Part shown: piece after piece, positions 41,914-51,290 of the stretch
Layout: the number at the start of each line of letters is the position of its first letter
Position numbering within the stretch: position 1 is the first letter of the stretch
Assembly (NCBI GenBank): GCA_963827685.1
Contig: CAWHBU010000002.1
Span: 352,001 to 416,000 of the forward strand
Reading direction: 5' to 3'
Source of the DNA: an uncultured delta proteobacterium
Lineage (GTDB): Bacteria; Desulfobacterota; BSN033; UBA1163
DNA length: 64,000 nt
Program-made: the position numbers and the translations under genes
Notes under the pieces: generated by a model
What the model was told of the DNA's origin: nothing
The model's database searches: none
The model's input: the letters and a program-made list of their open reading frames with translations, nothing else

Positions 41914-42095
41914 CTCCTCTTCCCTCGGTGGGAGAGGATTCACACTGTTAGATAGAAAAATATATGTCTCTGACGTTGGTTTAGAAGAAGCCTTATCTAA
42001 CAGGGTGAAGGCGAGGGGGGATCCAAAATTGCCTTGTCACCCCCACCCAACCCTCCCCCCTGCCTACCGGCAGGCAGGCATCAAGGGAGAGGGGA
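41914..42095. repeat. REP-like double hairpin carrying two nested mini-elements
   Basis: ttcacactgttagata...tatctaacagggtgaa (41939-42009) and cctgcctaccggcaggcagg (42059-42078) inside a ctctccc...gggagagg scaffold. Confidence 0.75.
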
Positions 42096-42204
42096 ATTAA
42101 TGGTATTGTCATCGTTCGTGAGGGCCGTATCATTCATGAACCATTGATTAGAAAACTTAATAAGAAAGTGAAGATTGGAAGTATCTTTGCTTAGGGAGGA
42201 TGCT

Positions 42205-43338
42205 ATGATCATTGGGGTACCAAAAGAGATTAAAGAGGATGAGAAAAGGGTGGGCATGACTCCTCAGGGTGTGGATGCCTTAGTTGCACACGGTCATCGT
42301 GTGCTTGTGGAAAGGACGGCAGGGGAGGGCAGCGGTTTCTCTGACCAGGAATATCGGAAAGCTGGAGCAACACTCGTTGAAGGGGCGAAGGGTGTTTGGG
42401 GCGAAGCCGAAATAGTGGTGAAAGTCAAGGAACCCTTGGAGCCAGAATTTCCCCTGATGAGACCCGCTCAAGTTCTCTTTACCTATCTTCATCTGGCTGC
42501 CAGTCGGGAACTCACTTTAAAATTGATGGAGCGGCGGATCGTTGGGATCGGGTATGAAACGGTTCAAGAGCAAGATGGATCTCTTCCTCTTCTTCGGCCA
42601 ATGAGCGAGATTGCGGGAAGGGCCTCGGTTCTCGCGGGAGGAATGTGCTTAGAGGCGAGGCACGGGGGAAGGGGGGTTCTACTCTGTGGGGCTTCGGGCG
42701 TCCCTCCGGCTAAGGTGGTCATCCTTGGAGCGGGGGTGGTGGGTACCAATGCCTGCAAGGTTGCTCTGGGGATCGGCGCCCGCGTCAGCATTCTCGATAT
42801 TCACCCGGAAAGGCTGGCTTATCTCCACGACATTACTCAAGGCCATATTGCCACTTTCATTTCCAATCGAATGACAATCGGAGAAGAGATCGCTGGTGCC
42901 GATCTTGTCATTGGAGCGGTCCTTATCCCAGGTGCTCATGCGCCTAAGCTGGTGACCCGCCAAATGCTGAAGAGGATGCGCCCCGGTTCTGCTGTGGTGG
43001 ATATCTCTGTGGATCAGGGCGGGTGCTTTGAAACTACACGCCCCACCACTCATGAGAATCCCACCTACATCGAAGAAGGAATCGTCCATTATTGCGTGAC
43101 CAATATCCCAGGTGTTTTTCCAAGGACTTCCACCTTTGCCCTCACGAATGCAACATTTCCCTATGTCCTTCAGATTGCAGACAAAGGTTATAAAAAGGCT
43201 ATGCAAGAGAATGCGGCGTTGAGAAAGGGCCTTAATTTGATGGAAGGACAGGTCGTTTATCAAGCCGTGGCCGAGAGTTTCGGATTGCCTTTTATACAGG
43301 AGCCTTTCTCTCCTCCTTCCTTGAAAAAACCTTCCTGA
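42205..43338 (+). CDS. ald: Alanine dehydrogenase
   Basis: IGVPKEIK, KVKEP, FTYLHLA, PMSEIAGR, GAGVVG, VDQGGCFET, HYCVTNIPG. Confidence 0.95.
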   Translation: MIIGVPKEIKEDEKRVGMTPQGVDALVAHGHRVLVERTAGEGSGFSDQEYRKAGATLVEGAKGVWGEAEIVVKVKEPLEPEFPLMRPAQVLFTYLHLAASRELTLKLMERRIVGIGYETVQEQDGSLPLLRPMSEIAGRASVLAGGMCLEARHGGRGVLLCGASGVPPAKVVILGAGVVGTNACKVALGIGARVSILDIHPERLAYLHDITQGHIATFISNRMTIGEEIAGADLVIGAVLIPGAHAPKLVTRQMLKRMRPGSAVVDISVDQGGCFETTRPTTHENPTYIEEGIVHYCVTNIPGVFPRTSTFALTNATFPYVLQIADKGYKKAMQENAALRKGLNLMEGQVVYQAVAESFGLPFIQEPFSPPSLKKPS

Positions 43339-43379
43339 TATGGTAAACCCCCTTAGAAAAGGTAGGGGTGGGTGTTGGA

Positions 43380-44078
43380 ATGGGGAAACCATCCAAAAGA
43401 AAAGGATTGACCATTGCCATCGATGGCCCTTCTGGCGCGGGTAAGAGCACTGTAGCAAGATCTCTAGCCAAACGACTGGATTACATCTATATTGACACAG
43501 GAGCGATGTATCGGTCTGTTGCGCTCAGGGTTAAAGAGAAAAACATCTCACCAGAGAATGAATTAGCTCTCAACCAATTGGCTTCATCCCTTCATATTAC
43601 TTTCTTCACAAAGGGGGAACAAACCCATGTTTTCTGCGGTGGAGAGGATATTACGGAAGCCATACGCACATCGGAAATCAGCCGTCTCGCCTCTTCCATT
43701 TCAAGACAAAAGGGGGTAAGAAAAGCGCTTGTTCGGATGCAGAGGGAGATGGGAAAGGAAGGTGGCGTCATCCTGGAAGGAAGGGATATCGGTACGGTTG
43801 TTTTTCCCGACGCGGATGTAAAATTCTATTTGGATGCCGAGAGCGACGAAAGGGTGGGAAGAAGATACCGTGAAATGGTTGAAAAGGGAGTTCCCGTGGA
43901 TTACAAAGAAACAGAAGAGGAATTAGTTCAAAGGGATCATCATGATACGCATCGGATCCATTCTCCCCTGAAAAAAGCAGACGATGCCCACCTCATTGAC
44001 TCCACCCATCGGTCTGTAGGAGAGGTCGTGGGAGAGATGGTCCGGATCATCAAAGAAAAAATTGGGAGTGATGAGTGA
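43380..44078 (+). CDS. cmk: Cytidylate kinase
   Basis: IAIDGPSGAGKST, DTGAMYR, EGRDIGTVVFPDA. Confidence 0.96.
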   Translation: MGKPSKRKGLTIAIDGPSGAGKSTVARSLAKRLDYIYIDTGAMYRSVALRVKEKNISPENELALNQLASSLHITFFTKGEQTHVFCGGEDITEAIRTSEISRLASSISRQKGVRKALVRMQREMGKEGGVILEGRDIGTVVFPDADVKFYLDAESDERVGRRYREMVEKGVPVDYKETEEELVQRDHHDTHRIHSPLKKADDAHLIDSTHRSVGEVVGEMVRIIKEKIGSDE

Positions 44079-44208
44079 TCAGTTGAGCGTTAAGGATCAC
44101 GAGACACGCCTGCTCACAGAAATATCTAAATAGAAAAGTATATCAGGTAAAGCAGTCACTTCGGCGTGCAGGCACGCCTGCTTGCCTAAACATCTTATCG
44201 GCCGGCAA

Positions 44209-44333
44209 GTGCCCCGCAACCCCCGCCTTGCAGGCGGGGTTAAGGGGCACAATTAAAACGATATTTCCTTTGCTCGCTTTCCGCTCGCCACTACGTGCCC
44301 GGGAAGCCCCGGCCTGTGGCCGGGGAGCTTCAC
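44209..44333 (+). mobile_element. Non-autonomous IS200/IS605-like miniature element (two subterminal hairpins, no ORF)
   Basis: ccccgccttgcaggcgggg hairpin and gaagccccggcctgtggccggggagcttcac right-end-like hairpin about 55 bp apart. Confidence 0.55.
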
Positions 44334-44665
44334 TTTCACGTAAATAATGGAACGAAGATTGCCATCACATTAGACCCCCTCACCTTTATCCCCGTAATCG
44401 GGGGATAGGGGAGGGTGAGGGATGGTTGCCGGGGAGAGAGAATCGGCTCAGAGAGGGTGCCTCAATCCCCTCTCGGGTCATCAAAGGGGCAGAGGAGAAG
44501 GTTTGTCACCTGAAAGCCTAAGGGGTTAAAAAGATTTCTGAAAAAGTCCAGAAATCTCTAAATCAGGAGAGCCAAAATAGTTTTTCAAGCTCTCCCAAAA
44601 GATTTGTATTTTTTAACCTGGTGTGGTATATATCATCAAATTCCTTATAGGAAAGGGGTTTTTGA

Positions 44666-46465
44666 ATGGGGAAGGAAGAAATGGCTTCTTCAGAGGAAGA
44701 GAAAAAACAGGCCTCTCTTGAAGGAGAAGAGGGAAGGAGAGAGGTGAAAGACCTTCCTCGCAGGGATGAACCTGAAGATTTTCAAACGCTCTATGAGGAG
44801 AGCCTGAAGACCTTGGAGGAAGGTCAGATTCTTAGAGGAATCGTTGTTGACATTACCCCGGATCATGTGACTGTGGATGTGGGATATAAGTCCGAAGGAC
44901 AGATCCCCATGGAGGAGTTTTTGAAAAGGGATAAGAAGGTCGACGTCAAGATCGGAGACCGGATCGATGTCCTTTTGGAGAAGAAGGAGAGTGAGGAAGG
45001 GTTATTGACCCTCTCGAAGGAGAAGGCAGATAAAATAAGGATTTGGAGGGATATCAGCAGATCCTGCCGGGAAGGGGAGGTCATCGAGGGGGAGATTGTT
45101 GGCAAAGTGAAAGGAGGACTCTCCGTAGATATTGGCCTGATTCAAGCCTTTTTACCCGGCTCTCAAATTGATTTAAAACCCATTCGGAATCTGGATGCCT
45201 TGATCGGCCAACGACTAAAGTTTAAGGTGATCAAGTTCAATCGGAAACGAAACAATATTGTTCTCTCCCGGCGTGTTCTTCTCGATGAAGAGCGGAAACA
45301 GTTAAGAGGGGAAACCTTAAAAAATCTCAAAGAGGGGGATATCGTTGAGGGGACGGTGAAGAATCTCACCGACTACGGTGCCTTCATCGATTTAGGTGGA
45401 ATGGACGGCCTTCTCCATATCACGGATATCTCCTGGGGTAGAATCGGGCATCCATCTGAGAAACTCTCCGTCGGAGATCGGATCAAGGTAAAAGTCCTTC
45501 ACTTTGACCGGGAGAAAGAAAAGGTTTCGTTGGGGTTAAAGCAAGCCCTACCCGATCCGTGGGACTCAGTGCCCAAGCGATATCCAGCGGGTTCCCGGGT
45601 CAAGGGGAAAGTCGTCAATGTGACGGATTACGGAGTCTTTGTGGAGTTGGGAGAGGGAGTCGAAGGGCTCGTCCATATCTCAGAATTGACTTGGAGCAAG
45701 AAAATGAAACACCCCTCCAAGATCGTCCACATCGGTGACACGGTCGAGGTCATGGTCCTCGATTGCGACCCGGTCAAACGCCGAATCTCTTTGGGAATGA
45801 AACAGGTCGAACCCAATCCATGGGCTCTGATCGAGGAGAAATATCCCGTGGGGACTAAAGTGGTGGGAAGGGTAAAAACCGTAACCGATTTCGGCATCTT
45901 CATTGGATTTGATGAGGGCGTGGATGGTCTCGTCCATGTCTCCGAGATGTCATGGACCAAAAAGATCAAACATCCCGGTGAACTTTATAAGAAGGGGCAG
46001 GAAGTGGAGGCAGTGGTCTTGAATATTGATCGCAAGAATGAGCGCTTCTCGTTAGGCATTAAACAATTGACTCCTGACCCCTGGAAGGATGTTGCTCGGC
46101 GATATCGAAAAGGAGAGGTGGTCGGAGGGAAGGTCACCAATGTCACCGATTTTGGTGCCTTTGTGGAACTGGAAGAGGGGATTGAAGGACTCGTCCATGT
46201 TTCTGAGATCAGTCGGGAGAAAGTGGAGAAACCCTCGGATGCCCTGAAGGTCGGGGATACCCTATCTGCCATAGTCCTTCACATCGATCCCTATGAACGG
46301 AGAATTGGCCTCAGCATCAAAGGGCTCAAAGAGAAGACCGAGGAGGCGGAGATCGAAAAATATATCTCGGACCAAGGATCCACTTCTCACAGGTTGGGGG
46401 AATTGATTCAGGAGGAGATGGAAAAACGAGGAGGCGGATTGCCTTCTAAGAAGGAGGGGGATTGA
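44666..46465 (+). CDS. rpsA: 30S ribosomal protein S1
   Basis: Six S1 repeats (DVGYKSEG, AFLPGSQ, DGLLHITDISW, EGLVHISE); downstream of cmk. Confidence 0.97.
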   Translation: MGKEEMASSEEEKKQASLEGEEGRREVKDLPRRDEPEDFQTLYEESLKTLEEGQILRGIVVDITPDHVTVDVGYKSEGQIPMEEFLKRDKKVDVKIGDRIDVLLEKKESEEGLLTLSKEKADKIRIWRDISRSCREGEVIEGEIVGKVKGGLSVDIGLIQAFLPGSQIDLKPIRNLDALIGQRLKFKVIKFNRKRNNIVLSRRVLLDEERKQLRGETLKNLKEGDIVEGTVKNLTDYGAFIDLGGMDGLLHITDISWGRIGHPSEKLSVGDRIKVKVLHFDREKEKVSLGLKQALPDPWDSVPKRYPAGSRVKGKVVNVTDYGVFVELGEGVEGLVHISELTWSKKMKHPSKIVHIGDTVEVMVLDCDPVKRRISLGMKQVEPNPWALIEEKYPVGTKVVGRVKTVTDFGIFIGFDEGVDGLVHVSEMSWTKKIKHPGELYKKGQEVEAVVLNIDRKNERFSLGIKQLTPDPWKDVARRYRKGEVVGGKVTNVTDFGAFVELEEGIEGLVHVSEISREKVEKPSDALKVGDTLSAIVLHIDPYERRIGLSIKGLKEKTEEAEIEKYISDQGSTSHRLGELIQEEMEKRGGGLPSKKEGD

Positions 46466-46468
46466 GCC

Positions 46469-47179
46469 TCACACCCTCTTGACATAAATATTCTTCACAA
46501 TATCCCTATCCAACGCAAGCGTTGTTTCTCCAATCTGTAAGACATAGGAAGGGTTTTTCTGGTGCATCCTGAGGATGCTGCCCGGAACGATGCCCAGGGT
46601 GCTCAACCGATCGAGCCTTTGGTGTGATTTGGGTGCGATGAAGACGATTCGACCCTCCTCGCCCAATCCCAATTCCTCAAGAGGAGTGACGAGAGGTTTC
46701 ATCTCTTTTCTAAATTTTGCACAGCAATCTCCTCTCGGAATTGGTTTTCCATGGATGCAAGTGGGCGGATGGCCGAGAAAGGTGCAGACGCTTTCCGTTA
46801 CTCCGGGACTCAAGATGTGTTCGAGTTTGCAAGCCTCTTCTTCGACTTCCTCTTCGGACATCTCAAAAATTTCATAGAGGAGTCTCTCTGTTAAGCGGTG
46901 ACGTCGAACGATCTCCCTTGCCTTCTCCTCCCCACGTTCCTTGAGGATCATCCGATTGCCTTCTATTTCAAAGAGATCGTCCTTGATCATCTTGCGGAGA
47001 ATGGAATTCGCTTCAATGTCCCGGGTCGTCCCAAGAAGGTGGTCCATATCCGACACCCCTTCTTCTCTTAAGGTCCAGACGAGCTCGAGGAGTTCATCGA
47101 TCCGGTCCTCTTCCACCCCGTCAACGGATGCGCCCATCCTTTGATGGTGGCCTCTTTTAGGTTCAGATTCTTTCGTCAT
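46469..47179 (-). CDS. DtxR/MntR-family protein with C-terminal FeoA domain
   Basis: RRHRLTERLL, EACKLEH, LGHPPTCIHGKPIP, RLSTLGIVPG. Confidence 0.88.
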   Translation of the reverse strand: MTKESEPKRGHHQRMGASVDGVEEDRIDELLELVWTLREEGVSDMDHLLGTTRDIEANSILRKMIKDDLFEIEGNRMILKERGEEKAREIVRRHRLTERLLYEIFEMSEEEVEEEACKLEHILSPGVTESVCTFLGHPPTCIHGKPIPRGDCCAKFRKEMKPLVTPLEELGLGEEGRIVFIAPKSHQRLDRLSTLGIVPGSILRMHQKNPSYVLQIGETTLALDRDIVKNIYVKRV

Positions 47180-47373
47180 GGTTTCGCCTTTCTTTTCCGT
47201 AAGGATTTAAAAAAATCGATGATGGCAGATTGTTCCTTATAGCTATACCCACAATGGGGACAGCAGAGGAGATTACAGTTCTTTGAAAGAAGGCAACCCG
47301 AATGGCATTTCATCTCCTCAGGAGAAAATTGCTTCCCACAAAGGGGACACCGGTAAGTGGTAGGTTTCTGCAT
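47176..47373 (-). CDS. Small Cys-rich metal-binding protein
   Basis: CPLCG...CHSGCLLSKNCNLLCCPHCGY; eight Cys; tightly coupled between feoB and the DtxR gene. Confidence 0.78.
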   Translation of the reverse strand: MQKPTTYRCPLCGKQFSPEEMKCHSGCLLSKNCNLLCCPHCGYSYKEQSAIIDFFKSLRKRKAKP

Positions 47374-47374
47374 A

Positions 47375-49348
47375 TTACACTCCAAAAATGTTTAATAAAA
47401 AATTTACAATCCCACCCACTCCAAAAGCAATGGGGATGATCACCGCCGATATCCACAGAGCTTTTCTTAAACCTCTCTCTTTGATCATCATAAAAAACTG
47501 GGCAATGCAGGGGATGAAAAGAGTGATGGTTACCAGGCTAACCAGGATTTGATGGGAATTGAGTTGCCCCTCTTTGGCTAGAATGAATAGACCTGCTGCT
47601 CCGTAGTCTCTTCGAAGAAATCCAATGAGGAATGCTTCCGTCACCTTAGGGGGAAGACCCAGAAAATGGACGATCAACGGGGTGGCAGCCCTTTCTAAAA
47701 GGGTTAAGACTTCTGTTTTGTGAAGTACAAAAAGAATCACGGTGCCCAGGATGAAAAGGGGAACAGCTTCTTTCAGGTACCATTCAATCCGGGCCAGGGT
47801 TTTGACGATCACATTGGAGATGAGAGGAATCCTTAAGGGTGGAATCTCCAAGATGAAATCAGAACCTTCACCCGGAATCACCCGCGATGCCAAATAACCC
47901 ACCAAGATCAGAATCCCAGCGATAATAAATATCCATGTGAAGAGGTAGAGGGCAGGAAGGGTTGCAAACATTCCAAGGGTGACCCCTAATTGGGCAGAAC
48001 AGGGTACCGCAAGGGCTAAAAGCAGTGTCACAATGGTCCTATCTTTTTCCGTCTCCAGGATCCGAGTGGTCATGGTAGCCATCGTGTCGCATCCGAGACC
48101 CAGAACCATGGGCAACACCGCCTTTCCATTTAACCCCATTTTTTTGAAGATCTGATTGGTCATCACGGCCAGTCTGGGTAAGTATCCCGAATCCTCCATC
48201 AGTCCAAAAACCAGAAAGAAACAGCCGACAATGGGGAGAACGATCGCAATGGCATACGTGAGAGCCATGGTGAGAACCCCATAGGGGCCGATAAAAAATT
48301 CTTGAATGAAGGGGATAGGGACAAAGAGCTGGAAGAGAGTGGTGACGGGCGGAAGAACCCATTTTCCAAACAGGGTTTCCTCTAAGAATTTGACACTGGT
48401 CTGTGCTCCGAAGACTCCGACAAATTCATAAGTGGCCCAGAGGATGAACAGAAGGATAGGGATCCCCCAGATAGGATGGAGGGAGAGGTTTCCTAAAAAG
48501 GAAGATATGGATTTGGGCGCCTCTCCTCGCAGCCCCATTACTTTTGACAAGAGCTCATCGACTTTCCGGAGCCTGGCCTGATTGATCAAATAACCGATCG
48601 AATCGGCAAGGTGAATCTGGATCTCGTGCCGGATTTTTTCAATTTGTTGAATATCCTTTTCTGAAAGGTTCGTGTGGAGCCATTCGGCAAGGCTCTCGTC
48701 TCCGGAGAGCAGCATGAGGGCTAAAGAGCGTTTGGAAATAGAGGCTTCAGGAAGGAGGGAGGTTATTTTTGAGAGGCCGCCTTCAATGACGTCTGGATAG
48801 TTGACCGAGATCGAGGAGGGCGGGCGAGCTTGAAGATTTTCTTTGATCTTCTCGAGACCTTTTTGTCTGGTGGCCACTGTTTTCAGGATGGGGGCGTCCA
48901 AGATCTCGGATAAGGTCTGGGTTTTAATTTCAATGCCTCTGCTCTTTGCCTCATCCCACATATTCAGGAGGACGATGAACGGAAGTCCCATCTCCGACAG
49001 CTGAAGAGAGATGAGAAGGCCCCGACGAATATTTTTCGTGTCGATGACCTGGACCAAATAGCTTTTGGGCTCTTTGAGGAGGATGTCTCGGGTCACCTTC
49101 TCATCTTCTGACATCGGGATGAGGGAATTGACGCCAGGGGTATCAAGCACCTGGAACTTCTTCCCATGAGCGGACAGAGTCCCGGTTGAAACTTCCACGG
49201 TGGTCCCCGGATAGTTTGAGACGGTCACATATTTTCCGGTGAGATAATTGAAGATGACCGATTTCCCAACGTTCGGATTTCCAATGAGAATCACTTTTTC
49301 TCTGGAAACATCGGTCCATTTCAGTACTATTTTGCTCGAAGATTCCAT
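47375..49348 (-). CDS. feoB: Ferrous iron transporter FeoB
   Basis: GNPNVGKS, NYPGTTV, DTPG, NMWDE, EDSGYLPR, LGLGC, PCSA, LFIPC. Confidence 0.95.
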   Translation of the reverse strand: MESSSKIVLKWTDVSREKVILIGNPNVGKSVIFNYLTGKYVTVSNYPGTTVEVSTGTLSAHGKKFQVLDTPGVNSLIPMSEDEKVTRDILLKEPKSYLVQVIDTKNIRRGLLISLQLSEMGLPFIVLLNMWDEAKSRGIEIKTQTLSEILDAPILKTVATRQKGLEKIKENLQARPPSSISVNYPDVIEGGLSKITSLLPEASISKRSLALMLLSGDESLAEWLHTNLSEKDIQQIEKIRHEIQIHLADSIGYLINQARLRKVDELLSKVMGLRGEAPKSISSFLGNLSLHPIWGIPILLFILWATYEFVGVFGAQTSVKFLEETLFGKWVLPPVTTLFQLFVPIPFIQEFFIGPYGVLTMALTYAIAIVLPIVGCFFLVFGLMEDSGYLPRLAVMTNQIFKKMGLNGKAVLPMVLGLGCDTMATMTTRILETEKDRTIVTLLLALAVPCSAQLGVTLGMFATLPALYLFTWIFIIAGILILVGYLASRVIPGEGSDFILEIPPLRIPLISNVIVKTLARIEWYLKEAVPLFILGTVILFVLHKTEVLTLLERAATPLIVHFLGLPPKVTEAFLIGFLRRDYGAAGLFILAKEGQLNSHQILVSLVTITLFIPCIAQFFMMIKERGLRKALWISAVIIPIAFGVGGIVNFLLNIFGV

Positions 49349-49351
49349 CCC

Positions 49352-49801
49352 CTAACGTTTTCTCCTGGCGGTTCTCTTCTTCCGGTTACATTCCTCACAG
49401 CGGCCGTAGAGCTCCAGGCGATGATGAGAGATCTTAAATCGGTGATGTTGAGCAATCTCATCCTGGAGCGCCTCAAGCGTTTGGTCCTCGAATTCAATGA
49501 TCTTTCCGCAATCCAGACAGATCAAGTGATCGTGATGGTTTCCTTCTGAAGCGGGTTCATATCGCGTCTCTTTGTCACCAAATTTCCGTTGGGTTGCAAG
49601 ACCGAGACGGGTGAGGAGCTTCAGGGTGCGATAAACGGTTGTGTAGCCGATTTTAGGATCTGTTTTGACGACCTGGGCATAAATTTGTGCGAGGCTTTTA
49701 TGCCCGGTCGAATTCAGGAAGATGTTGAGGATTTCTTCCCGCTGTCGGGTCGCGTTCAGCCCTTCTTCAGAAATTCGCGCTTTAAAAAGATCGGTCTTCA
49801 C
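49352..49801 (-). CDS. fur: Fur-family regulator
   Basis: TRQRE, IGYTTVYRTL, HHDHLICLDC, C-terminal CEEC. Confidence 0.92.
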   Translation of the reverse strand: MKTDLFKARISEEGLNATRQREEILNIFLNSTGHKSLAQIYAQVVKTDPKIGYTTVYRTLKLLTRLGLATQRKFGDKETRYEPASEGNHHDHLICLDCGKIIEFEDQTLEALQDEIAQHHRFKISHHRLELYGRCEECNRKKRTARRKR

Positions 49802-49816
49802 CCTTCATCCCCATTT

Positions 49817-49865
49817 TGAAATTGAATTTCAATTTCACTTTAACCCATAGCCTCCGATTTGTCAA
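49817..49865 (-). promoter_or_regulatory. Promoter and Fur-box-like operator of the fur-feoB operon
   Basis: TTGACA (49865-60)-17 bp-TAAAGT (49842-37), abutting the perfect palindrome tgaaattgaa-t-ttcaatttca (49817-37). Confidence 0.75.
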
Positions 49866-49873
49866 TGTTGAAA

Positions 49874-49902
49874 TTGACCTTGCCTCTGCTCTCTGTTAAG
49901 AT
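49874..49902 (+). promoter_or_regulatory. Divergent sigma70-type promoter
   Basis: TTGACC-17 bp-TAAGAT before 49927. Confidence 0.55.
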
Positions 49903-49926
49903 TTTTTAAAGGGATGAATACGACCG

Positions 49927-50934
49927 ATGACCTCTCATCACAGCCCAGGTTTAGAGGGATACGAAAAGATCGTCACCCACAATGACTTCGACGGCATCAT
50001 CAGTGCCTCTCTCTGTTCCTGGGTTTTGAAAGTTCAGAAGGTGATCTTTGCGGGCCCGCTTAATATTGCCCGTTCTCAAATCACGATCACCGAGAAAGAT
50101 GTGGTCTGTGATTTGCCTTATCCCCTCCAATGTGGACTCTGGTTCGATCATCACGAAGGAAATCTTCAGGAATTGACACTCCGTAAAATTGATCCTAAAT
50201 CGATTCCTGGCCGATTTGATTTGAGGCCGAGTTGCAGCCGGGTGGTTTATGAATATTTTTCTGAAAGGGAAGAGCTTCCTTCCTATTTTTTGAAGGCGGT
50301 TGAAGAGGCGGATGTCATTGATAGCTTTTCTTTCTCTTCGATAGAGGATTGGAGGCGAGAGACCCCTGGAACGGTGATTGATTTAACTTTAAAGGTCTCT
50401 TTTCAATCAACCGAGGATCAGGCGAGCTACATGAGAAACTTAGTTCAACAACTTCGAGACCGTTCCATCGAAGAGGTATCCCGTCTCGACTTTGTCCAGA
50501 AATGGTTGAAAAAATATCGAGAAGAAGAGGGACGGATGCTTCGAATGATTCGGGATGCCTCTTATTTCATTGAACGGGACGAAAAGAAAGAGGTGGTCGT
50601 CATCGATCTCACGCCTTATCAACGGAGACCCCACCTCATCAAGAACCTGGCCTTCTTGGTCTATCCTGAAGCCTTGGGGGTTTTGGAGGTCTATAGTCTG
50701 ATGGACCACCAAGGAGTGAAGAGTAATCATCTCGGTCTCTCAATGTCCCTTTCTATTAACGGAAATAGAAAAGATCAGAGTAAGAATATCGGCGAGATCA
50801 TGCGAACTCTCAACATCGGAGACGGCCATCCGGGGGCAGCCGCAGGGACGGTTCACTGTAAGTCGAAACAGGAGATGCTGAAGAAGAAAAAGGAGTTGCT
50901 CAATCAGATCTTTAAACTTTGGTCTTCCCAATAA
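49927..50934 (+). CDS. DHH-family phosphoesterase
   Basis: HNDFDG, CDLPY, WFDHH, SCSRVVY, GDGHPGAA. Confidence 0.85.
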   Translation: MTSHHSPGLEGYEKIVTHNDFDGIISASLCSWVLKVQKVIFAGPLNIARSQITITEKDVVCDLPYPLQCGLWFDHHEGNLQELTLRKIDPKSIPGRFDLRPSCSRVVYEYFSEREELPSYFLKAVEEADVIDSFSFSSIEDWRRETPGTVIDLTLKVSFQSTEDQASYMRNLVQQLRDRSIEEVSRLDFVQKWLKKYREEEGRMLRMIRDASYFIERDEKKEVVVIDLTPYQRRPHLIKNLAFLVYPEALGVLEVYSLMDHQGVKSNHLGLSMSLSINGNRKDQSKNIGEIMRTLNIGDGHPGAAAGTVHCKSKQEMLKKKKELLNQIFKLWSSQ

Positions 50935-50987
50935 AGTAAAAAATAGCTAAAGCTGGAAAAGGCAAATGGGAAATGGGAGATTAGAAA

Positions 50988-51026
50988 GGGAAGGGGGCTT
51001 CAACATTTTTTAAGGCACCCTTCCCC
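50988..51026. terminator. Hairpin between convergent units
   Basis: gggaagggggctt...aaggcacccttccc. Confidence 0.5.
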
Positions 51027-51032
51027 AATGTT

Positions 51033-51290
51033 CTATTTTAAGAAGAGAGATTCGTGGGCGTTTGTACCTGCCTTATATCTTGTATCGTCTTTACCCTATC
51101 CTGTGCGGCACCCATTGCACGAATTTGGGACCGCGTTTTTGGGGTTCTTCCTGAGCATGTCAAGGTTCAGACTGGGCTGGATAATCTCAAATCATGGGCG
51201 TGCACATCATCCGCCCCTGCAAGGAGATACGGTCTTTATCACATCGCACCAAAAGCATCAACCAGTACCTACGTCCCTGGGGCATAGTAA
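51033..51290 (-). pseudogene. Decayed C-terminal fragment of a multiheme cytochrome c
   Basis: Minus strand reads AGADDVHAHD/(shift)EIIQPSLNLDMLRKNPKNAVPNSCNGCRTG*GKDD...; CNGCR looks like a mutated CxxCH. Confidence 0.5.

Noticed and set aside
42679-43458. 259-aa antisense ORF (also 9255..9854, 56624..57244, 60058..60648)
   Set aside because: Shadows of well-supported genes on the opposite strand.
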